In this document: in pieces, positions 43,854-50,913 of the stretch
Position numbering within the stretch: the stretch's first letter is position 1
How the letters are laid out: every line of letters starts with the position of its first letter
The notes under the pieces: model-generated
What the model was told of the DNA's origin: nothing
The model's input: the letters and a program-made list of their open reading frames with translations, nothing else
The model's database searches: none
From: a virus
Lineage: Duplodnaviria > Caudoviricetes
DNA: 50,913 nt
Reading direction: 5' to 3' (one strand)
IMG/VR virus record: IMGVR_UViG_3300049048_000060
Span: 1-50,913 of that record
Translations under genes and position numbers: made by a program

Positions 43854-44072
43854 TTAATCTCTTTCGTAATCAGGTTCGTCAATAAAATACAAATTTCTTG
43901 GCGCGGGAATTCCCGCCGCATCTAACATGGAATCAAGTCCAAAAGCATTGCTTGCAACAAAAACCTTTCCATCTACCTGCGTCACTAATTCATCATCTTC
44001 TTCCCAAACAAACACTGGAAATTTCTCCCAATGTTTTAGATGAAGAGTTATTGCTTCACTCTTTTTCATCAC
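43854..44072 (-). CDS. Hypothetical protein
   Basis: SD AAGGAG, acidic and AT-rich. Confidence 0.6.
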   Translation of the reverse strand: MMKKSEAITLHLKHWEKFPVFVWEEDDELVTQVDGKVFVASNAFGLDSMLDAAGIPAPRNLYFIDEPDYERD

Positions 44073-44264
44073 TTACTCCTTATCGTTCGTTGCTTGCTGG
44101 TTAGCTTTCATTGCGCGGATTACTTTTTCTGCCGCAAAGTCACAGCACATAGCGAAGCACGCCACCAGCAAGGGAATGACAGCTAGCACGCGGTCTAGCA
44201 AATCTCCGAAATGCAGCATCATTAGAGCTGTCGCTATACCGCCCCAAAATACTAAAGTATTCAT
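44073..44264 (-). CDS. Small membrane protein
   Basis: Two hydrophobic segments and an ATGA overlap. Confidence 0.55.
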   Translation of the reverse strand: MNTLVFWGGIATALMMLHFGDLLDRVLAVIPLLVACFAMCCDFAAEKVIRAMKANQQATNDKE

Positions 44265-44686
44265 CCTTGGCTCCCGCTATCGGATAGAAGGGCGAGTGCT
44301 TCGTCGATTATCGTTCCGGTGTGAATGGCACAAATCCGCGCCTCGTTATTTTCAAACCGAAACTGTCGTACAATCGCAAAGCATCTTCTCTGAGTTTCGT
44401 TAACGGCTTCTTTTATGGCAGTTTCAGCGGCTTTAACCAGCGCCTCGCGTTCTTCCTTGAGCATTTCAACAGCTTGCTCATTGTCTTGCAGCATGGCCTG
44501 AGTTACGGCTAGAGAAGATTCCAGCGCCTCGCGTTCTGCTTCATGGCGGGATTGGGCGGCTTGCCAGCCTGCATAACGATTAACGTCATCCTCAAATAGA
44601 TACCCTCCAAACCTGCTTTTTATTGGCGCAGGGTATCCGTCTTCAACAATAGCCTTCTCAAACGCCTCTCGGCTGTCATTGCTCAT
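44261..44686 (-). CDS. Hypothetical protein (REAFE...W.A phage family)
   Basis: Likely start MSNDSREAFEK at 44686 with SD GGGAG. Confidence 0.6.
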   Translation of the reverse strand: MSNDSREAFEKAIVEDGYPAPIKSRFGGYLFEDDVNRYAGWQAAQSRHEAEREALESSLAVTQAMLQDNEQAVEMLKEEREALVKAAETAIKEAVNETQRRCFAIVRQFRFENNEARICAIHTGTIIDEALALLSDSGSQG

Positions 44687-44943
44687 TTGCTGTCTCCCTT
44701 GAGGGCGTAGAGGGGCGTGCAATCTGTAATCAGTCTTTCTGCCGCCTCGTTATAAATCATTCCAAAGTCATCGTCGTATAAAGTAGCAATCCCTATTTGC
44801 TCAAACTTCTGCGCGATGGCGAGGTTGATGGCGTTCTGTAAAGCTATAGCGCCAGCACCAGTGTTATAGACGTCCTCGAACGCAGCTTTGTAGGCTACTT
44901 CTATCAAAGCCTCGGCTTCCTCTTTAGTGATGAATTCAGTCAT
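44683..44943 (-). CDS. Hypothetical protein
   Basis: ATGA overlap, acidic, C-terminal TPLY motif. Confidence 0.6.
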   Translation of the reverse strand: MTEFITKEEAEALIEVAYKAAFEDVYNTGAGAIALQNAINLAIAQKFEQIGIATLYDDDFGMIYNEAAERLITDCTPLYALKGDSK

Positions 44944-44946
44944 GAT

Positions 44947-45177
44947 CTAGGCCTTTCTCAAAGCCGCAACGTGTTCCTTGTGTGGGCGAACGATCGACCC
45001 TGGCTGGTGCTTCACGCTACTCAAGAACGCGATCTCTTGCGTGACTCGGTTGGCGCGCAAGCGGATCGTGCTCCAGCGGGCACGAAGCGTGCCAATGACT
45101 CGGTACTGGCCAACCCGCCCGGTGAGCGGGTTGACGAACTCGGGCTCGTACCTTGCCCATACGCGGTACAGGCTCAT
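44947..45177 (-). CDS. Hypothetical protein
   Basis: Likely start MSLYRV at 45177, overlapping the upstream stop (ATGA). Confidence 0.5.
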   Translation of the reverse strand: MSLYRVWARYEPEFVNPLTGRVGQYRVIGTLRARWSTIRLRANRVTQEIAFLSSVKHQPGSIVRPHKEHVAALRKA

Positions 45178-45620
45178 GGAACGATATCCGAGAGAAGCGC
45201 AGCGGCGTACCCTGGCTGTTGCTTCAAGATCTTGACGATCTCCAAAGCCACGTTCTGGTCGTACACGGTCTGACTGCGCCTGTCGTTTCGGCTGTCCCGG
45301 ACATACCACCCCAACGGCCCGTCGAGGCTGGACTGCGTCCCTACCACGACATACGGGTAGGTGCCGCCTATGCTGTGCTCCTGAAGCCCGCCAGTGTTCT
45401 CTCCGTGCCCGGAATACGTGCGCGGAATCACGGCTTGCGCGATCTGCGGGGCGCAGTAGTCGTCCTCGAAAATGAAGTTTCCAGGGATCACGCGAATCGG
45501 CGTGTCAGGAAACGCTACGAAGTGGTGGGCGCCAACGAAGCGCGAGGCCTCGTGTGCCGAATCACGGATCAGCCCTACGGCGAGGACTGACAGCTTGTTT
45601 GCGTGTTGATCTCGGTTCAT
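45174..45620 (-). CDS. Hypothetical early protein
   Basis: First ORF after the promoter at 45655, with SD AAGGAG. Confidence 0.7.
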   Translation of the reverse strand: MNRDQHANKLSVLAVGLIRDSAHEASRFVGAHHFVAFPDTPIRVIPGNFIFEDDYCAPQIAQAVIPRTYSGHGENTGGLQEHSIGGTYPYVVVGTQSSLDGPLGWYVRDSRNDRRSQTVYDQNVALEIVKILKQQPGYAAALLSDIVP

Positions 45621-45654
45621 GGTAACTCCTTGTAATAATTAACGATGCAGGAAT

Positions 45655-45683
45655 AGTGTATAGCAGTCGCTACACTTTGTCAA
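45655..45683 (-). promoter_or_regulatory. Sigma70 promoter with operator in spacer (copy 2)
   Basis: TTGACA-aagTGTAGCgacTGCTA-TACACT, 17-nt spacer. Confidence 0.85.
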
Positions 45684-45828
45684 GCGTATTCAGATAAAAC
45701 TGCCCGATGTAGACGTTGTCCTTGTCGACGCAACGGGCGGCCTTGCCGAACGGTCCGCGCACCAGCTTCGCGATGAACAACTCCTTGCGCGGGCAGCTCT
45801 TGACTCTTACCTTGTCTCCTGGTTTCAT
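45670..45828 (-). CDS. 52-aa hypothetical protein (KOW/SH3-like start; not in ORF track)
   Basis: MKPGDKVRVKS..., SD GAGG, ATGA overlap. Ends inside the promoter. Confidence 0.55.
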   Translation of the reverse strand: MKPGDKVRVKSCPRKELFIAKLVRGPFGKAARCVDKDNVYIGQFYLNTLDKV

Positions 45829-46211
45829 GATTCCTCCCCAGTCCAGTCTAGCCTGGTGTAGTCGACAGTGTCGGGATAGGCTTCACAAAACTCCGAGTGT
45901 GTTAAGTGCGGAGTTATGATAGTCTCTCCGCCTTTGGTTTTACGTGCCCAGCGCCACCGCTTCGTCTTCGGTTTTGGCGGGTCGATTTTGACCTCGTCCC
46001 AGAACAGGCAGCGAACACCACGATCGGAGATATACACCCCCTCGGCGGTGTACGTGGAGTGGAGGTCGTCATCGTGTTTTAGTTTGATTTTGTGCTCTTT
46101 TTCCGAGTTGAGGTCGGAAACTACTCCCCACCCGCTAACGACGCTCCACATCCGGTCGCCGACCTTTACTTCTCTGCCTTCAAAAATAATTGGTTTCACT
46201 TTGCGCTCCAT
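45825..46211 (-). CDS. Hypothetical protein
   Basis: 128 aa with VKVGDR.W...GWG.V...LFWDEVK motif. Confidence 0.65.
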   Translation of the reverse strand: MERKVKPIIFEGREVKVGDRMWSVVSGWGVVSDLNSEKEHKIKLKHDDDLHSTYTAEGVYISDRGVRCLFWDEVKIDPPKPKTKRWRWARKTKGGETIITPHLTHSEFCEAYPDTVDYTRLDWTGEES

Positions 46212-46433
46212 TTCAGTAGTTCGTAAACAAACAGGCCGCCGAACACGACGACCACTATCACCAGGGCGATGAAGCCCTGGTCTTCAGGGGGTCTTGGTTT
46301 GTGGTCCTTCATCATTCATCCTTCAGGATCATGCGCGCGAACAGCTTACGGCGATCCGCGGCAAGTGATTGGTGGATCCGCTCGCGCATCTCGGCGGCGG
46401 TCTCTTGGTGGAACAGCTTCCGCATCCAGCCCA

Positions 46434-46835
46434 TCATTCCGTCACCTCGACTTGTGTTTCCGTCCAGGGGATCGGTATCGAGTTCACCACCGGCAGGTTC
46501 ATGTACTCGTTTGGCGCCTCTTCGATCGGTACGGTCACGACTTCGACAACCGACCCGGCAGGGCATGTCAACTGCAACAGATACTTCCGCTTCTGGACAT
46601 AGGCCTTCGGCTTCTCGTACTCCGCCACCTGGCGGGAGAAGGTCGACAACTGCCGGATGATCTCCGAGACCGTGTCGACTACATCCTGCTTATCGCGGGC
46701 GGTGTGGACCGCGCAGGCGATCGCGTAAAGTACGGCCTCGTCGCGCGTAACGAACTCTTCGTGGACGATGCTATCGATGATCTGGGCGGCGTCGGAGCGG
46801 AGCCCGGATAGGTGTTCTTTAGTCAGTTGGAACAT
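46434..46835 (-). CDS. Hypothetical protein
   Basis: SD GAGGT, 133 aa. Confidence 0.65.
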   Translation of the reverse strand: MFQLTKEHLSGLRSDAAQIIDSIVHEEFVTRDEAVLYAIACAVHTARDKQDVVDTVSEIIRQLSTFSRQVAEYEKPKAYVQKRKYLLQLTCPAGSVVEVVTVPIEEAPNEYMNLPVVNSIPIPWTETQVEVTE

Positions 46836-46838
46836 GAT

Positions 46839-47033
46839 CTACCTCACTTCCAAAGCGGTTTCGATGCAGCGGCAATGAAGGCATGGCTCGCCATTCTTCT
46901 TTTGCCACTCGCGGTCAGCGCGGAACTGACGCAGGCTCGGGACCTTGCTGTCGGGCTGACCTTCCTTGAGGTGCTGCCACTCGCTTGAGTTCAGCTTCTT
47001 GGCCCATTTAGGGCGATTCGTTTTCTTTGCCAT
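46839..47033 (-). CDS. Hypothetical early protein (C-terminal CxxC)
   Basis: First ORF after the promoter at 47070, with SD AAGGAG. Confidence 0.7.
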   Translation of the reverse strand: MAKKTNRPKWAKKLNSSEWQHLKEGQPDSKVPSLRQFRADREWQKKNGEPCLHCRCIETALEVR

Positions 47034-47069
47034 GGTATAAACTCCTTGTAATAGTTAGATTGCAGGGTA

Positions 47070-47098
47070 ACAGTATAGCATCCGCTACACTTTGTCAA
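47070..47098 (-). promoter_or_regulatory. Sigma70 promoter with operator in spacer (copy 3)
   Basis: TTGACA-aagTGTAGCggaTGCTA-TACTGT, 17-nt spacer. Confidence 0.85.
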
Positions 47099-47491
47099 CT
47101 ACTTTTTGATCTCGAGCACGGACTTCGTTCTTCTCTTCGCGGACCGCGTGCTCTCGACAGGTGCTCCGGCGTTGTGGGTCTGGTCCCACAGGATACCGTC
47201 ACGGCACGTGAAGATGTGCCCCGTGACGCGAACCAGATAGTGCTTCCCTGGGACCAGGTGATCCTGCAGCGCGACTGCGGTGAGGCCTTTGACGCCAGTG
47301 ACGGCCTTGGTCTTCACGCCGAAGTGCTTCAGGGCCGCCAGGATTTCGAACCAGTAGAGTCTCCCCTTCCAGTTGCCGCGCTTCTTGTCGGCGAAGAAGG
47401 CCTCGATGTCGCACACCCGTCTGTCGTAGGTCGCGAGGGCGATGGCGAAAAGCCCGCAGATCGGTTTGCTGCTTGGTGCTAATATACGCAT
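47099..47491 (-). CDS. Hypothetical protein, possible papain-like Cys-His-Asp fold
   Basis: ICGLFAIA...YLVRVTGH...DG..WD. Likely start MRIL at 47491 with SD AAGGAG. Confidence 0.55.
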   Translation of the reverse strand: MRILAPSSKPICGLFAIALATYDRRVCDIEAFFADKKRGNWKGRLYWFEILAALKHFGVKTKAVTGVKGLTAVALQDHLVPGKHYLVRVTGHIFTCRDGILWDQTHNAGAPVESTRSAKRRTKSVLEIKK

Positions 47492-47558
47492 GTCTGTCTC
47501 CTTGATATTATTTAACAACCCACTCGGCCCCTCTCCTCGAAAGGGGCCTGGTGGATGG

Positions 47559-48029
47559 TTACTTGGAACGGTCTAGGGCGTCCTGGCCTTTGACATGGAT
47601 CGCCTTCAGGTGCGTCTCGTAGTGCTCGAAAGCCTTGGTCCGCTCCGTGAAGGGGCCTACTTGAGCAGACGACCCGGTGGGGCATACATACCAAGCGCCT
47701 TCGATCAGGCAGATGTCGGCAGTGTTCCACTCAAGCAGAAGCTGAAGCGCGTTTCGGAGATCGGCGATCTGTTTCTGTTCCTCGGTCAGAGGAGCCGCCA
47801 GACTGTTGTCGTTGTAGGCCAGGTTGTGGCGGCGGATGTCGACGATGCAGTCATCGTAGTAGGAGCCGCGGATCACTTCCTGGATGTGTTCGTAGGTGCC
47901 AGCGGCTAGAACGACGTCCTTGCTGTCGCCTCGAACACCCAAGAGGACATATGGCTTGTATTGGTAGATCGGTGCGTCCGGGATGGTTGCGCCATTCTTG
48001 AGCTGAAGTGCGGTTACCGTGTTTTGCAT
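47559..48029 (-). CDS. Hypothetical early protein
   Basis: First ORF after the promoter at 48075, with SD AAGGAG. Confidence 0.7.
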   Translation of the reverse strand: MQNTVTALQLKNGATIPDAPIYQYKPYVLLGVRGDSKDVVLAAGTYEHIQEVIRGSYYDDCIVDIRRHNLAYNDNSLAAPLTEEQKQIADLRNALQLLLEWNTADICLIEGAWYVCPTGSSAQVGPFTERTKAFEHYETHLKAIHVKGQDALDRSK

Positions 48030-48074
48030 GATTAACTCCTTGTATTTGTTGCAGTCTTTAGTGACTGTGAAACC

Positions 48075-48104
48075 ATTGTATAGCAGGTGCTACACATCTG
48101 TCAA
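48075..48104 (-). promoter_or_regulatory. Sigma70 promoter with operator in spacer (copy 4, leftward)
   Basis: TTGACA-gatgTGTAGCaccTGCTA-TACAAT, 18-nt spacer. Confidence 0.85.
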
Positions 48105-48133
48105 CCCCTTTTTTGAAAATATTTTTATTCGCC

Positions 48134-48165
48134 TTGCTACACTGTTGTAGCCGATGCTATACTAT
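48134..48165 (+). promoter_or_regulatory. Rightward promoter with the same operator (copy 5)
   Basis: TTGCTA-18-TATACT containing TGTAGCcgaTGCTA. Confidence 0.7.
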
Positions 48166-48189
48166 TCAGGTCAATCAAAGGAGTAACAC

Positions 48190-48498
48190 ATGCAGAACCA
48201 GCTCAAGGCCTGGATGGACAAGGCATCCCCCAAACAGAAGAAAAGACTCGCAGAACTCGCATCCACTTCCCTTGGCGCGCTTCGCCAGGCGGCGGGCGCG
48301 TGGCGTACGGAAGGGCTCGTAAACGTGACCCCCGCTGTCGCGAAGCGCCTCGAGATCGCGATCCTGCAGGTCAACCAGGAGAACCCTGACGCGGCTCTCC
48401 CTGTCGTACACCGGGAGCATCTTTGCGTGGCCTGTGGCCAGTGCGAGCTTGCGCTCAAGTGTCGCGAGGCAAGTCAACCAGTAAACTCTGACAAGTAA
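48190..48498 (+). CDS. Cro-like HTH transcriptional regulator
   Basis: L..W......KRLAELASTSLGALRQAA.....A.RLE pattern. First gene from the divergent promoter. Confidence 0.65.
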   Translation: MQNQLKAWMDKASPKQKKRLAELASTSLGALRQAAGAWRTEGLVNVTPAVAKRLEIAILQVNQENPDAALPVVHREHLCVACGQCELALKCREASQPVNSDK

Positions 48499-48507
48499 GG
48501 GGCTTTT

Positions 48508-50523
48508 ATGTCCGAACAGCACTACGGTGCCGCTCTATCCGAGTGGCACCATTTCGCTTTCATGCTTGGCCTGTCACAGGACTTGCTTCCAGTGGTGTCT
48601 GACCCGAATATCCCGATCTCTTCGACATCGAAGATGAAGGCCCTTGGGAAGACGCCATCACTTATCAAGGGCGACGGTACCGCAATCGGTTTCGCGGACT
48701 GGACAGCTCACGTCACAACCCCACAGGAGATCAAGAGATGGTCAAGAGATTCCAGGCTAGGTATCTGCCTTCAGACACGGCTCGTCCGCGCAATCGACAT
48801 CGATATCGACACGGACCAGGCACAGGAAGTCCGAGACGCGATCGCGTCTCTCGTGGGGTATCTCCCACGTCGGTATCGGGCCAATTCAAACAAGTGCTTA
48901 CTTGTCTTCGAATTGCCAGGGGACTACCAGAAGCGCATTATCCGGACAACGGATGGGATAGTCGAATTACTATGCTCCGGGCAGCAGTTCATAGCTATGG
49001 GTACTCATGGCTCCGGAGTGAAATACGAATGGGAAGGCGGGTTGCCGGAAGAGATACCCACCCTCTCCCCCGAGCAACTGGAGTCTCTCTGGAAGTTATT
49101 GGAGCAGAAGTTTTCCGCGAGCGATGCGCCTACGTCGACGGAAGCGCGCTCTACCACTGACAGACGTGTCGTGCTTGCCGAGGCCGCGCAGCAAGATCCC
49201 GTGGCACAGCACCTGGTAGATAACGGCTGGGTGCTATCGACCGAGCGCGACGGCCGGCTCCACATCCGTTGCCCGTTCGAGGCCGAGCACACCTCTGACT
49301 CCGCCGAGTCGGCCACCAGCTACTTCCCGGCCAACACCGGCGGGTACGCCCTCGGCCACTTCCGCTGCTTGCACGCGCACTGCGAACACCGCACGGACTA
49401 CGAGTTCCAGAAGGGCGTAGGCTACTCCTCTCTCGACTTCGACGATATCACTGACGAGCCTGAAGTCGTACCAGAGGTCTCCACCCGCTTCACGCCTATC
49501 CACTGTTCGGAGTTCGCTGATCTCCCTACACCTACGTGGATCGTGAAGGACGTCATACCTGAAGCTGACCTTGGCGTCATGTACGGCGATTCAGGTTCAG
49601 GCAAGTCATTCATGGCTCTCGATATCGGCATGGCTATCGCTCTCGGCAAGCCGTGGCGTAACAACAAGGTCAAGCAAGGCCCTGTCGCCTACATCGCTGC
49701 AGAAGGCGCTGGCGGCTTCCGTAAGCGGCTCCACGCCTACCAGCATCAGCACCAGATCGATCTCAAGACCTTGCCTATCTACGTCATCGCTGGCGTGCCA
49801 AACTTCCTGTCCAGGCAGGACGCTATCGATGTCGTCTCTGGTCTCTCGACCATGCCGTCACCCCCAGCTCTCGTCATCATCGATACGTGGGCACAGACTA
49901 CCGCTGGTGGGAACGAGAACAGCGGCGAGGACATGGGTAAGGCCCTCAAGAACGCGCTCGAGATCAAGCGTAAGCTCGGCGCCATGGTATTACTTATCCA
50001 TCACTCCGGTAAGAACGTCACAGCCGGTGCTCGTGGATGGTCTGGGCTTCGTGCTGCAGCAGACGTGGAGCTCGAGGTGTTGAGGAGTGACGAGGATCGT
50101 GTCATGACAGTCACGAAGCAGAAGGACGGCGAAGAGGGCCAGGAGTTCGGCTTTAAGCTCATGGTCGTGCCGATAGGGCAGGACGCCGATGGTGACGTCA
50201 TAACGTCCTGTGTGGTAGAGGAGCACGCGGTGTCGCATCGTGAACAGCGGGCTGTGGTTAAGCTCGGGGGAAATGAGCGGGTCGTGCTTCAGGCTGCAAG
50301 GGACAGCATATCACTCGACGGTGCTATGCCTGACCTCAATACGGTGATCGAAACGGCGGTCAAAAACATGGTCCATGACCCAGCCCGCACGAAGCACGAT
50401 AAGCGTCGTCAAAACGCGACAAGAGCCCTCGATAACCTCGTCGAGAAGGGTATTTTGGCCCAAAAAGACGGCTTAATTTACCTGATTTCTGATACGGATC
50501 AAGAGGATACAGAAGACTCTTGA
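48508..50523 (+). CDS. Primase-polymerase / RepA-like (AAA_25) helicase fusion
   Basis: N-terminal AIDID..GQQFIA.GTH.SG..Y.W, Zn module CPF..EH...CLHAHC, Walker A GDSGSGKS, Walker B IIDT and IHHSGK..ARGWS. Confidence 0.85.
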   Translation: MSEQHYGAALSEWHHFAFMLGLSQDLLPVVSDPNIPISSTSKMKALGKTPSLIKGDGTAIGFADWTAHVTTPQEIKRWSRDSRLGICLQTRLVRAIDIDIDTDQAQEVRDAIASLVGYLPRRYRANSNKCLLVFELPGDYQKRIIRTTDGIVELLCSGQQFIAMGTHGSGVKYEWEGGLPEEIPTLSPEQLESLWKLLEQKFSASDAPTSTEARSTTDRRVVLAEAAQQDPVAQHLVDNGWVLSTERDGRLHIRCPFEAEHTSDSAESATSYFPANTGGYALGHFRCLHAHCEHRTDYEFQKGVGYSSLDFDDITDEPEVVPEVSTRFTPIHCSEFADLPTPTWIVKDVIPEADLGVMYGDSGSGKSFMALDIGMAIALGKPWRNNKVKQGPVAYIAAEGAGGFRKRLHAYQHQHQIDLKTLPIYVIAGVPNFLSRQDAIDVVSGLSTMPSPPALVIIDTWAQTTAGGNENSGEDMGKALKNALEIKRKLGAMVLLIHHSGKNVTAGARGWSGLRAAADVELEVLRSDEDRVMTVTKQKDGEEGQEFGFKLMVVPIGQDADGDVITSCVVEEHAVSHREQRAVVKLGGNERVVLQAARDSISLDGAMPDLNTVIETAVKNMVHDPARTKHDKRRQNATRALDNLVEKGILAQKDGLIYLISDTDQEDTEDS

Positions 50524-50538
50524 GATGTTAGTGTAGAA

Positions 50539-50820
50539 TTGACTCATTTGCAAAAAATTGCAAATGAGTCAAATGAGTCAAAAGGCAACTCGTAATTTTT
50601 TGCAAGTTGCCTTTTCTTTTTGTGGATCAGCAGTTTAGCGTATCGAGTTAAAGTAAACAGTAAGGAGTGACTCACGACTCATTTGACTCAAATGAGTCAA
50701 TTTGAGTCGCGTATCCATCCAGAAGGGTGCCTCAGGACGGTGTTGTTTATAAATATATATATAATATATATTTATTAAACACCTCGTGAGTCACTGGTGG
50801 ATATGAGTCGAAATGAGTCA
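50539..50820. repeat. Array of 11 TGAGTC/GACTCA iteron-like sites around an AT-only palindrome (putative origin or packaging site)
   Basis: 15-bp perfect IR at 50539-50553/50558-50572, further copies up to 50820, and a pure A/T tract at about 50747-50779. Confidence 0.75.
50580..50621 (+). terminator. Probable terminator after primase-helicase
   Basis: AAAAGGCAACT...AGTTGCCTTTT followed by a T-rich tail. Confidence 0.55.
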
Positions 50821-50878
50821 AGACTGTCAATATCTCGACACTCGTTCGGATCAGGATATAGCGGCGTCGCACTCGGGT

Positions 50879-50908
50879 GTTGATAAACGCGAATCGTTGC
50901 TGTACTGT
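50879..50908 (+). promoter_or_regulatory. Late-type promoter for terS across the window junction
   Basis: GTTGATAAACGC box, TTGATA-17-TACTGT. Confidence 0.65.
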
Positions 50909-50913
50909 TGGGC

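Noticed and set aside
1-50913. High frequency of GTCGAC and GATC sites
   Set aside because: Plausibly explained by preferred codons (GTC-GAC, ATC). It cannot be called significant without a codon-aware count.

Overview
The window looks like a complete or nearly complete ~50.9 kb dsDNA tailed-phage genome with podovirus-type morphogenesis genes (portal, scaffold, capsid, tail tubular A/B, internal virion proteins). Its replication module is of the BPP-1/APSE type: family A DNA polymerase, DUF2815 SSB, DUF2800 Cas4-like nuclease, VRR-NUC, SNF2 helicase and primase-helicase. I found no RNA polymerase, integrase or reverse transcriptase. The + strand from 2 to 32360 carries the packaging, virion and lysis genes. 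The - strand from 48029 down to 32386 carries early/accessory genes, a tRNA(CAT) and the replication genes. The + strand from 48190 to 50523 carries a regulator and the primase-helicase, followed by an iteron-like repeat region. A promoter at the right end reads directly into terS at base 2, which suggests the sequence is circular. Most notable observations: (1) a 3238-aa internal virion polyvalent protein whose central cargo domains (ART-like x3, HhH-glycosylase-like and others) are each delimited by a short hydrophobic-[FYMT]-Q motif and sit next to a zincin HExxH peptidase, with a candidate overprinted ORF after the last cargo domain; (2) two ~300-380 nt highly structured non-coding blocks flanking ssb, one containing a two-state hairpin switch; (3) four repeated promoter-operator-RBS cassettes driving the early genes; (4) a hybrid initiator-like tRNA with a structured leader; (5) a lysis region with an alpha/beta hydrolase and no recognisable spanin. 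All family assignments come from recognising motifs by eye, and no database searches were run.
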